DNA of 64,000 nucleotides from Entomortierella parvispora E1425. Lineage: Eukaryota; Fungi; Mortierellomycota. Location of the stretch: NCBI GenBank assembly GCA_020891255.1, contig BQFW01000003.1:434001-498000 (forward strand), read 5' to 3'. Each line of letters starts with the position of its first letter. Within the stretch, counting starts at the first letter, position 1. The translations under genes and the position numbers were made by a program. The notes under the pieces were generated by a model that saw nothing but the letters and a program-made list of their open reading frames with translations, did not search any database and was not told where the DNA came from. Below, piece by piece: positions 22,972-34,195 of the stretch.

Positions 22972-23649
22972 TTAAAGCTTGGCCTGGATAGGAACGCTGG
23001 TGATGTTGACGAGTCCTGCAGTCTTGGAAGTGGAGTCCTTCTTTTGCTTGTTGACGTACCAGCCCATCTCGACACCCTTGCGTTCGAACCCACACTTCTC
23101 ATAGAACGGTACGTTCTTCTCGGAGCAGTCCAGAATGACCTTGTAGCAACCGACCTGTTCTCCAATCGCCATCAGGGTCTCAATAATCCTCTGGCCCAGC
23201 TTCTTGCCTTGCTGATCCGCTGAGACGGCAATATCCTCGATATGACCGACCAATCCCAGTTCGTGAATAAACTTGCGCTCCACCAACACGGTGCCGGCGC
23301 CCACAATCTTGCCTCTTCCTGGGGTGACCAACAGAGGGGTCGCTGACGGTGTTGGAGGGGACGTCGAGGAGACGTTCATATCCTCGATGACGATCGTGTA
23401 GTATTGATCCGAATGTTGTTTGAGGTACGTGAACCGGTCTTGGAAGGCTTGATCAGAGATACTGCCGACGGTCGTGAGGACCTGGAGGGTCTTGAGGAAG
23501 GAGGTGTTGGACCGGATTTGGTTATCGGTTCTGGAGAGGGGACGGATGACATAGCCAGAGGGGAGTTTTTCTTGAAGGGCGGCGGGAATCAAGGCGGGGT
23601 CAAAGAGCAAGTCGTCAGATTTCTTGAATGGGGACCTGTTTGCTGGCAT
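22972..23649 (-). CDS. GNA1: Glucosamine-6-phosphate N-acetyltransferase (GNAT) with a C-terminal extension ending AKL
   Basis: Single 225-aa ORF with VERKFIHELGLVGHIEDIAV, QQGKKLG and GCYKVILDCSEKNVPFYEKCGF. Confidence 0.93.
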   Translation of the reverse strand: MPANRSPFKKSDDLLFDPALIPAALQEKLPSGYVIRPLSRTDNQIRSNTSFLKTLQVLTTVGSISDQAFQDRFTYLKQHSDQYYTIVIEDMNVSSTSPPTPSATPLLVTPGRGKIVGAGTVLVERKFIHELGLVGHIEDIAVSADQQGKKLGQRIIETLMAIGEQVGCYKVILDCSEKNVPFYEKCGFERKGVEMGWYVNKQKKDSTSKTAGLVNITSVPIQAKL

Positions 23650-24553
23650 GGCTGGTTATATATGTATAAGAGTGAGGGTGTAAGGGAGAGAGGAGGAAGA
23701 GGAAGAAGCACAGGAATGAGAATGAGAAGGGAGAACGGGACAGAGATGAGGAGGAATGAACAAGATTAATGTGAATGAGAAAAGAAGAAAGAAAGAGCGT
23801 GAGTAAAGAAGTCGAGGTGACCCTCTGCCCCTTTCGAGCGGTGCGGTGCGGTGGTGCAAAAATATATCAAGGTTTGAACCTATGGTGCGCCTGCCCACGG
23901 ACACATTTTTGTGGGTTTGATTTGGTGCCCGCCTTGTGTGTGTGTCTGTTCCTGCGGCTGTATGTTGTCTGTTTGTTGGGTTTGACCATTCAGTGCGTCC
24001 CATGAGCAAACAGCTGGAGCGGGGCTCTCTTCTCTTCCTTCGCGCGCTCTCTTTCTCTGCCGCTGTTGTCTCTTTCTCACTCTTGTAGTTCTGGCTGGGA
24101 TGACGCTATTAATACTGCATCCACGTCCGTCTATCTTTTGTCGTTGTCTGCTCCGCCTATCTCAGCGCTGTCAGCCCACCTTCTCCGCGTCAAAACGGCA
24201 GGCGCGTTTTCATAGACCCTTTGTCCAAGCCAACGGCCCTCGAGCCATGTATTGCGCTAGTGGATTCCAATGGCCACCCTTGCTCTGGCAGCTTATCCTG
24301 GAGTACCTCCTTCCTCTTCCTATTCCCGCTTCCACCTTGGCCCGTGGGTGCAAATGTGTCCTGAACCCGAACAAACAGCGTAACGTTGCTCTTCTTTCCT
24401 TTTCCTTAACACAACCTCCACCTTCTTCGTTTCCAGTAGAAGAGACCTTCAAAACTTGCAACCTCATTACTCTAACCAACTCCTTCCTTCCTTCCTTCCT
24501 TCCAACCTGCTGTCTTGTTGCAGTTTTCACCTTTGACCCTCATCGACTAGAGA

Positions 24554-27500
24554 ATGGCCCCTGGGGATCCAGAGCCTGGAATTACAGCAGCCGGGTCCAA
24601 AATGGAAGACTGTAAAGGCTCGTCTCCGCCACTTTCGGAAAATGAAAGTTCTCCTGTATCCCACTTGGAAAAGGACGGAGAGCATTGCAATCGGCATCAC
24701 AAAACCCACCACCACCATCATCATCAACAGCAACAGAAGCAAAACCAAGACAACGCACCTGCACCCCCCACACAACAGAGCAACACAGGTGTTCAGGAGA
24801 GGGAGAAGGAATACGATGAGAGCCATTCTCAAGTCAGGGACCACTGTATCAACGAAGGAGCTGTCTCGGGATTGATTGAACATTTCCGTTGCCAAGGGTC
24901 TACATCTGTTCATCTTGGACAACATCCCCCATCTGCCGCCAGTACACCAATATTGCATGAAGGAAACAGCCCTCACGGAACCAGTGGCGGTGTATCAGGC
25001 AGCAGTATTGACACTCAATTGGAAAATGACGACGTGGTGATTAAATCCTCTGTGAAGAAGCCCGTCGACACAGAAGCACCTACAGCCTTGCGTCGCCGAA
25101 GATCCAACCGATTAACACAGAGCGCCCGGAACAGTGAGGAGAGCATGTCATGCAACGAAGCATCGACGCCATTATCTGGCGAGGCTAGAGCCTCTTTGGA
25201 GGCACCACCCCACGGAAGTAGCGCAGGATCAGGAAGAATTGTGGTGCCTGTGGCTTCGATCCAGCGAAAACCGTCTTTAAGCTCCATGCGTGATCATGTC
25301 CCTGCCAACATCCGGACCACCGACCAACAGCTGAAATTCAAGCTCTCGGTCGAAGAGGCCTCTCCGCCTTCAACTTCTTCGAAACAACAACACGCTTCCA
25401 TCCTGACGGAGGAGCTTTCTGGTGTCGCCACAGGATCAGACATCGACGACAGGGATGACGACTTTGACTGGGGGGAGGATAATGTGGAAGACGACACCTT
25501 CGTGGACCCTTCTTCTGTGATTCAGGATGATATCTCGTTTCGAATCCATCCGTTTGTCTCCAAAGTACTCAAGAATATCCTCATTCTTTTCGTGCTCTTG
25601 ATCCCTAGGATCATTCTTCATCATGTCCACACACACCACCATGAAACTATCGTGTTGATCGAGGATGGCCGGCCCTATGTTGCAGTCGTGATCGGGAACC
25701 ATATCGCCTACTACGTCATCCGGTTCCTCGTCATGGGCCTCTTCAAGCTCATCCATAGGTTTGGAACGGTGGCCATCAAAATCACGCTCGAGACTCACGA
25801 TGGACTTGTCCCATATGTCGCGCGATCTGTTTGGCTCATGAACCTGATCACGTTTTGGGCCATCTTTGTTCACTACCCAAGTTGCGCGCGCGCCAAGAAT
25901 GCACTGGAGTTGGTCATCCTGGAAGGAGGGGCCGCTGCTGCCGTGGCAGAGACAGAAGCCAACGCTGGGTTAGGAGGCGTCGAGTTGCAGTGCCGGCGAT
26001 GGGTGTTTTGGTGGGTCTATCGGTTTCTGTGGGGTATACAGGCCATGTTGGTACTCTATATCCTAAAGAGGTACTCGATGCAGGTTCTGTCAGATCGATT
26101 TGAGCAGGACAACTCAAAGTATGTGGAACTCAACTTTCAAGGACATGTGCTGGATGGCTTGCAAAAAATCAAGCATCCGTTGAGCAGGGCCAGCCATCCA
26201 GGATCGCACTATCCGGGAGGGGGATTGAAAAATCCAGCTGCATGGCTCGTGAAGAGCACCTCTGGCTCCGTCGCAGGTGGGGTGATTGGGCCTGCTAGTG
26301 GAGCTCGATCTCCGGCGTTGAATTCAGCTCGGCTTTTCTCAGCATTGGACAGAAGGCCTTCAACAGCTACAATTGTGGCAGAAGATGTCTCGCTCGGGCA
26401 TCGACAGAGTTCAAAAAGATCTATCTGGATGCTTCTAAAGAACTCGTTCCAAAAGCGAAAAAAGGAGGCAGACTCGACGGAGAACAACGTCAATGGGTCT
26501 GAGGAAGCACTGGGAGGAAGAGACGAAAAGTCTGCGGTCTCTCCATCAGATTCAATCCACGAGACAGAGAGCGACCACGCCCTCCCAGAGCCTGAAGAGT
26601 TGGTCCGGATGAGCCGCAAACGCAAGTCTAGACTGGTCAACAGTCTTCGTAACAAGCCAATTGATGTAAACATCGCGTCTTTTGCTCGCATGGAGGCAGA
26701 ATATCGAATGATCTTTACTAACGCTTCTTCTTTCTGCATGTTGCTGACTAGAATCCAAACAAGAAAGCCAAGGAGTTGTGGAACAGGATCTGCCCCGCTG
26801 ATCAAAGGTATTTGGTGCGCGCCGACTTGCAGCCCGCTTTCAAAAAAGAGATCTTTGAGCGCGTTTGGAAGCTCTTTGATCCTAGTGGAGGCGAAACCAT
26901 TACTCCTGCGATGTTCAAGAAAGGTACCTGTGGACCACTGCGGATGGTAGTTTTCTTTTGATCAAAACAATATGGAGGACTGACTGAATGACGCGCGCGT
27001 TTTTTTTTTTTTTTTTTTTTTTTTTTTTCGGGTGATAACTGATCCCAGGTATATCGGACCTGGTCAACCTTCGGAAGAGTTTCACGTCGACACACAAGAC
27101 GTTCGAGAATGCCATGGCCAAACTGGACATGATACTAGGATTTGTTGTCTTTTTGATATCTGTTATCGCTTTCTTGATCGCTTTCGATGCTGGTGTCCAG
27201 CAATACGCTGTCGGAGTCTCTTCGGTAATGCTTCTCTCACAGCCAAGGGCGTCTAAACCACTGCTGCACTGTGCTTTTTCTAAACTTTTGAATCTTGGGG
27301 GCGTTCTTTCACTGATAGTTATTTGTCGGCTGTGCCTTTATAACAGGCTCATCCGCCAAGAATGCTTTCGACTCTATGATCTTCATCTTTGTGATGGTAT
27401 GACCAACATGACCTATGGACGAGTGTAGCCGTACTGACGTTACCCTTACTGACCTACTCCCTTCCCTCTTTCTTCCCTCTCATCCATCCTGATAGCGACG

Positions 27501-28849
27501 TAAGTGCCACGCGAACCTTAAAACTTGCTTATGATCAGCTTATGGTTAGCTTATGGTTAGCTTATGATCAGTCACTTAACTAATGCTTTATTATACGACT
27601 TGGTCTAGCTTACGACGTGGGTGACAGGATCGAGCTCAATGTAATGTTCTGCCCAACGCGCAGTGTGGATTCATTCTCATTCACCACTACTAACGTAGTG
27701 CTTTATCGCTGCACTGAACTGTCCAGGGATCTTATTTCACAATTACGACCATCCATATCCTGACAACGGAGATGAAGCGAAACGATGGCATGGTAATTCT
27801 TTGAGAACTCATCATCATACAAGACATGCCTCCTAGACCACTGGCTCACAAATCCTCTTTTATTGCAAACTGCAGCAAGTGCTTTCTCCAAACTACGTCC
27901 TGGGGACGCGTCATATCCATAACCTCAGTCGCGCAGGTATGTTACCAATAGACACAGAAAAACAACAACAACAACAACAACAACAACAAAAAAACCAGAG
28001 CCGCTCACATTCCTGACCTCCAACGATCAAACATGAATTACTCTGCAAAAATGATTAGGCGACCACATCGACAATGTGTACATGGACATTCCCCTGTTCA
28101 GTTCTGCCCGCACCATTCAAAAACTCAAGCAAAAGATCCAGGCTTTTGTGGAGGGTGAGGCCAGCGCCGATTATTTCAAAATCGATGTGATCCTGAACGC
28201 GAAGAACAACCACACAAAGGACGGCACCTGTAAAGCTGGCCTCCAAATTCTCTTCAGAGTTCATCACCGCAATCGATGGGTCGACTCTGACTTCTCGCCC
28301 CGGAAACTGAAATCGATCCTGTTTTTGCGAGCAGCCCTCAATGAGCTCGAGCTGGAGGATCTGAAGGATTTGATCGAGATTCGGAGATCACTCGGGTACG
28401 GAATTGCTCCTGCCCCACTGCAGGCGCCAAATCCAGTGCTGAATGAGGGTGGGTATCCCGTGGGGTTTGTGGGAACATCAGAGAACGTGTATGATTCACC
28501 AGACAGCCGAAACCAAACCCAACAAGGAGAACAGCCCATCTCCGAAGTTTATCCTCATCCCGAGATTTCTGGTAGTGTCTATTTGGCACGCGATAATCCC
28601 ACCATGGGTGCATCACCCAGTTCAGTTGCCTCGATTTTGAGCCAAAGAAGCTTACGATCCACAGTCGGCTCCAGGGAAAGTGAAAGAGACCCCAGCAATG
28701 AGACAACAACTCTATCCACAACGACGGTCCAGCATGCGTCTTCTCACAATCTGGGAGCACGGCACGTCCTTGTTCCAGAAACGATCCAGCTCTCGACCAA
28801 CGCAGCCAATTTTCAGCCATATCCCAATGGTTTCCAGTTCCAACGATGA
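24554..28849 (+). CDS. MscS-family mechanosensitive channel (eukaryotic Msy1/Msy2-like) with long disordered N-terminus and degenerate EF-hand
   Basis: Multi-exon gene with several TM segments and EF-like LFDPSGGETIT. MscS core SAKNAFDSMIFIFVM-RPYDVGDRIEL, TIHILTTEMKRNDG and SPNYVLG..IHNLSR. The model needs a 4-nt micro-exon at 27496-27499. Confidence 0.9.
27528..27571 (+). repeat. Four tandem 11-bp units in ABBA order (A=CTTATGATCAG, B=CTTATGGTTAG) inside an intron
   Basis: Units at 27528, 27539, 27550 and 27561, read directly. Confidence 0.9.
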
Positions 28850-28920
28850 TCGCTTAGCTCTCCTTGCCTGTAACAATTAATAAAGTCTCTTTTATTCGGC
28901 ACAAATGTCCATCGGTACCT

Positions 28921-29733
28921 CTATGACATGGTCCCGTTCGGGGATATTTGAATAGGCGCCCCAACAGAAACGTCGGTTGGTTGTACCTGATGTCCAGAGG
29001 GTGTTCCTGTGGCTTCACTTCCAGGTATAGGGACTGCTGCCAGTTGATCGGGTACGGTTCCATTTGCAGAAGGCTCCTCGACCTTGATCTCCACACGGGT
29101 GCCATCGGGCATGATCTCCATACGGACAACCTTCTCCTGATTCCGAAGATATTGCCAGTGATAATACTGTCTCTCGTGCACAAAAGTAGCCGTATCCTGT
29201 TTCATGAGATGGTCCCGAAAAGATTTGTGTTGCAGTAATGACAAGAAGTGCAGGCAGTGTGGGTAGCTATTCAGAGAGATGAACAACGAGGATAAGTTGT
29301 GAGCCTTTCTTTCTTTCTTGAGGGGATCTTGCAAAGGGCATTGTTTTCTTACATAATGAACTTTGCGTATTCTGGTTTCCGGAAGTATTGAAGATAGTCC
29401 AGGTACAGAACGAACGCGTCCTGATTAAAGTATTGTTGCTGGGCGAGATCTACTTGCATGGGACATTACACGTTAGCGAAATGCAATTGGAGTCGAATCC
29501 TGGGGTGTTTCATTCGCCTTGAGCTCAGATGTTTGAAAGAAGCGGAATGAGAATGAGAATGATGGAGGGATAAAGCGGGAAGGATTAAACGTACTGTGAA
29601 GGTACCATGGGTTGGCGAGACATTGGACAAATTCGAGCTCGATCTGGAAGCGCTTGAGTTGTTCATAGGGATCCTCTGTTTGGATAGGCTCTCCAGCTGA
29701 TGATGCCGGCGTTGATGTCTGTGAAAAGTCCAT
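28921..29733 (-). CDS. MED31: Mediator subunit 31 (Soh1)
   Basis: Three exons: RFQIELEFVQCLANPWYLH / NLAQQQYFNQDAFVLYLDYLQYFRKPEYAKFI / IYPHCLHFLSLLQHKSFR. Confidence 0.95.
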
Positions 29734-30022
29734 GAGGTGCGTGTTGATGGTATTGATGGTATTGTTGTTGCTCTAGTTGTTGTTGTTTTCGGTAGCAGCG
29801 AATGGCGGCGGTGAGGATGGAGGGAAGGAGGGGCGGGAAGGGCGTACATGTGAGCGTTTGTTTCGTTTTGCCACCACAGCCAGATTTGGTGGCGGGACGA
29901 GCGGCGGGAAAGGGCGGTCGTCTCTTGGGCGACGTTCTCTCTTTCCTTGTCTCTGCCTTTCATTCATTCATCTCTTGTCCTCTTTCACTCTCGCATTCAT
30001 TCATCCATCCATTCATCCCACA

Positions 30023-32734
30023 ATGACCATCCCTGTCTACTTTGAGACTGGTCCACATCATGTCCTCTGTCAGGTAGTGATCCCCATTTCAAAACGTGTC
30101 GTGCTATGTCGACAAATAACAAAACACTCAAAAGCTAACTACCCCTTTGGCAACCATAGGTACCAGGGCTGGACCCCATCAAGTTTCCCTATCCAGACGA
30201 TTTCGAAGACTGTTGGGATCACCACCATGTGCGTCTGCCTTGCTCCTCTCGAACGCCCTCCACTTCCGAAAAATCAACATGGCCCGATATTGTCCAAGGC
30301 CTCACAACGACCATTAACAACTCAAAGGAACTGGACACGATCATGGCACGTTGGAACGGAGGCGGAGGAAACTCCTCGGACTGGAACATTCGTGCCCTTT
30401 CGGTCTTTCTGAATAGGCGCGCAGATTCCCAGAAAACAGCGACATCTTCCTCCCAGTTCCATGCTCGACGCGCAGGCAACCACGGTCCTATGTCGTTGTC
30501 CTTTCTCAACAACCCCGAAGAGAACTCGGACCAACGGGAGAGCGATATTGAATCAAATGACGGTAGCAACTTATCTGACATCGACGATGACGAAGGACAG
30601 TTTTTGAGTGAGGAGGAGAGAACACGATTCTTTGACGTGGTTCTGCCAAAGATGCAGGCTTTGGCACTTCGGTTGCCAGAGCTGGTCAAGAAGCCTATAC
30701 CGTTCTTGGATCAGCAGGTCGACTCGGCTGTGACACTTCGACAAGAACAGGTAAGTACTTGTAACATGATGCCGGCACTCTGCTACTGCCCTATCCAGAG
30801 CTGATCATCATATTACACTAAAATATAGATTGCATGTCTACTCGCGAACGCGTTTTTCTGTACCTTTCCGCAAAGAAATTCATCTCGTATGAACCAACAT
30901 CATGGAGCAGACAAGAAAAGAAAGGCTACAGACACCAAAAACATTCCTGAAAAGAAGAAGACCTTGGGCCAAGCTCCAAAAGATCCCTACGGCAATGCTA
31001 GTCAGGGCGATAGTCGAAAGGCAGGAGATCCCTTCAGGAACACGAATGGACAGATGTCCCTGTTTGCTTACTTTAACAAAAGTGAACAAAGACCAGCGCC
31101 TGAGCCATCTGAAAAGCCGACTTCAGACAACCATGAATCTCAGAGCATGTCGCAGGGACCTTCAACCGACCAGCCTATCAGGGTGGACCGAGAGCCAGTG
31201 GCACAGAAAGAAACGAAAAAGCCCATTCCACGACTTCCATCTATCAACTTTTCGAGTTTATACAGCAGCGACAATGTCGAAGATCCGTGCTCAAACGTCA
31301 ACGCCGCCAAGCTTCGTTGCCTCGTCCATTATTTCGACCGCGTTACCTCCGAAAGTATGTGATGATCTACCGTAACCACTTTGTAATCTTTTTCGTTATT
31401 TCTCTGACATGAACTTTTCTGACATCTATCATCAACTTTCTGTAGTGCCCCAAGGAGCAGTGACATTTCATAGGCAGGTCTTGATGACACCTTTGACCCT
31501 GGAAACAAGTGAGCGCATTAGCAAAAGGCGGTTTCGATATTCGAATGTTCGAGTCGACCCTGATAGTCCCTTGGAGGATGAAGCACCGCCAGATGCGCTT
31601 CAGCTCGATTTCGCCAACAAGGTCATCGGTGGCGGTGTTCTGGGTCATGTAAGTCGGAATATGAGTAGAAAGCTGGATGAATTGCCACTGTGGTACTAAT
31701 CGGTCCGAATCATTTTATAATGGTTAAACAGGGTTCAGTTCAGGAGGAGATCCGGTTTATGATCTCCCCAGAGTTAATTGTGTCCCGACTATTCACAAAA
31801 ACTCTTCAAAACAATGAAGCATTGTTGATCAAGGGTGCAGAGCGGTTTTCTAACTATAACGGATACGCCCGTACCTTCGAGTGGCATTCTGATCATCGAG
31901 ATGCCACGTCGAGGTAAGATATTTCCTACTGGAATTTGCATTGTTGCTTGCCGCAATTACTGACACGACTTTGACTCTTAAAACAAATGTAGGGACAGAA
32001 TGGGAAGAAGGAAAACAGAAATCTGTGCTATCGACGCGGTTCCATTTCGATCAAAGGAGGCACGCTTGGACCAATTTTCGTCGGAATTTGTGATGCGAGA
32101 GATCAGCAAGGCCATTGTCGGATTCCGACGATCTCCCATCACAGCCTCAGAGTGGGGTCTATGCCGTCCAGAGGAGCCTATGAGACATTTGCCTTTGATT
32201 GCCACAGGCAATTGGGGCTGTGGAGCGTTTGGAGGACATTTGGAACTCAAGTTTTTGATCCAATTATTGGCTGCATCCGTCTGCCAAGCGTTTTGCGAGG
32301 ATGACAAAGATGTGGCTCTGGGTCGTGATCTAGTCTACTATACCTACGGGCTCGATGATCTTGGCAAGGAAATCGAGGAATTCATGGGTCACCTCCACGC
32401 CTGTCCAACTGCATTTGAGCCAGGTAAGAATGCCTTTTTTTCTTCCACTTCTGCCAATTGCTTCTGGGATGCTTGATACTCATCTACTTTTACTTTTTAT
32501 TGTTTTTTATCAGTCTCACTGCTAGAATGTATCGAATTCTACCCGATCAAATCTGGCAGAGGTAAGAACATTAGTCTCCGCGAGTCCAGTCTGCTGAACT
32601 ATGTGGGCAAGGCATTTGGGTTTCCCTCTACTCTCATAAGCCCAACGATGCCAGAACCGTTGTATTCATCGTCATCCCTGTGCGCGTCGACCGACTCTTA
32701 CCTCGAAGAAGGTGAGGATGGCGATGACGACTGA
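30023..32734 (+). CDS. PARG: Poly(ADP-ribose) glycohydrolase, canonical (animal/plant-type)
   Basis: Seven exons. Motifs WDHHHVRLPCS, QIACLLANAFFCTFP, KLRCLVHYF, catalytic [23 protein letters not shown] (split by an intron) and IATGNWGCGAFGG. Confidence 0.93.
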
Positions 32735-32890
32735 AAAATTGCCGTTGGATACATATCCACAATCCAAAAATAAACAAAATGGATTTGCTGACCGCCACCA
32801 CGGTTATGAAATCAGTCGAGAAAGGACACGCAGGAGGGGAAAAAGAGATGCTATTTGCTTGTCAAGTTCAAAAATCTTGTTCGTTTTCTT

Positions 32891-33640
32891 TTAATCATTG
32901 CTGACGATGGGATGAGCTGATAAAGGGGACCACCAAGAGAAACTGGCGCTTCGTTTTTGGACACCGGGACCATAGGCCTCCACGGTCACGATGTGATCTG
33001 TAGACTGAAGAACCATCCCTGCACGCTCCATCACCCTTTGACTGGCCAGGTTTTCTGCATAGGCATCGGCCCTGACAAGATCAAAGCCCTGTTCTTTCGC
33101 CGCGATCTCGTTCAACAAATAGGCCAGGGCTCGGCGGGCATATCCTTGGTTCCTGTATTCGGGACTCACCCAGTATCCTGTCCGACCCTCTTTGACCTTT
33201 GGGACAAGTGGATGTGACAGAGCATTTTCTGATGTGGCTCCTACTGCTGCTGCTGTTGTTGCTTCTGTTGCGGTCGGCGGTTTTGGTTTGATGGGATGGA
33301 GACTGAGCCATCCCATGATCTTGCCGTCAGGACTCGTCCGCATGGCCCAATGGGCGTTGACGCCTTGACTCTCAATTACCCGATCTGCTCGAGCGACATG
33401 GGTCCTCGCCAAGTCCTCGGGATATGGAAACTTGAAATAGGACGAGTTTCGAAAGACAGAGTCATCCAGGTTCAGGATCCGGACCATCTCTGGAATGTCT
33501 GAATGCAAGACCGCGCTCAGGAACAGGGGCGGCTCCTGACTGACGAAATAGGGCCCCATACATTGAGCTTCTTCACGTCGGTACAGTGCTGGCGGAGACG
33601 ACGGCTGCGGAGCCAAGGCTGTGGAGGGGGTCTCGGTCAT
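32891..33640 (-). CDS. GNAT acetyltransferase, RimJ/RimL-like
   Basis: Intronless 249-aa ORF: FPYPEDLAR, GKIMGWLSL, TGYWVSPEYRNQGYARRAL and ENLASQRVMERAGM. Confidence 0.85.
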   Translation of the reverse strand: MTETPSTALAPQPSSPPALYRREEAQCMGPYFVSQEPPLFLSAVLHSDIPEMVRILNLDDSVFRNSSYFKFPYPEDLARTHVARADRVIESQGVNAHWAMRTSPDGKIMGWLSLHPIKPKPPTATEATTAAAVGATSENALSHPLVPKVKEGRTGYWVSPEYRNQGYARRALAYLLNEIAAKEQGFDLVRADAYAENLASQRVMERAGMVLQSTDHIVTVEAYGPGVQKRSASFSWWSPLSAHPIVSND

Positions 33641-34033
33641 TGGTTCCTCTTCTTTTTTTTTTCTTTTTTTTTTTTTTTGGGGGACTGGAAGGGACTAGTT
33701 GGCTGGTCTGTTTTCCGTTACGCCGACTCTTGGATCGCAAATGTGGGCTGAGGCTGGAAAGAAGGGTGTGTTGGTTGGAGAGGAGGTTGGGGTAAAAAAA
33801 AGAAAGAGGGATAGAACCTCCTTTTGTCTTGGACTGATTTTCTTGAACGCACGCCGCTGCGACCGCCGCCTCTGGTTTATTTTAGTCCATTTGCGGGCGT
33901 TGTGTAACAGGTGGTGTTGTCGGTGACCTTGGACAATCCTATATCTATTCTCGTCATCGTCGAATCGAATCGGGCGAAAAGGTTCATGAAGGGAACAAGT
34001 TCTTTATTTTATGGAAGAGATATGAAATAAATA

Positions 34034-34064
<31 letters not shown>

Positions 34065-34195
34065 TGAGCTAGATACAATGAGCTCTCCTCCAGAGACAGA
34101 GGAGGGGGGATGCAGGATGAAAAGAATGATGAAAAATGAAAATGAAAATGATTGTGTCAGGATGAGGGTATTTTTGGTTTTGTTTTGTTTTTGTT

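Noticed and set aside
24401-24415. TTCCTTAAC, a perfect U12 branch consensus upstream of the MscS-like ATG
   Set aside because: No RTATCCTT donor is visible upstream, and the motif sits in a pyrimidine-rich leader where it can arise by chance.
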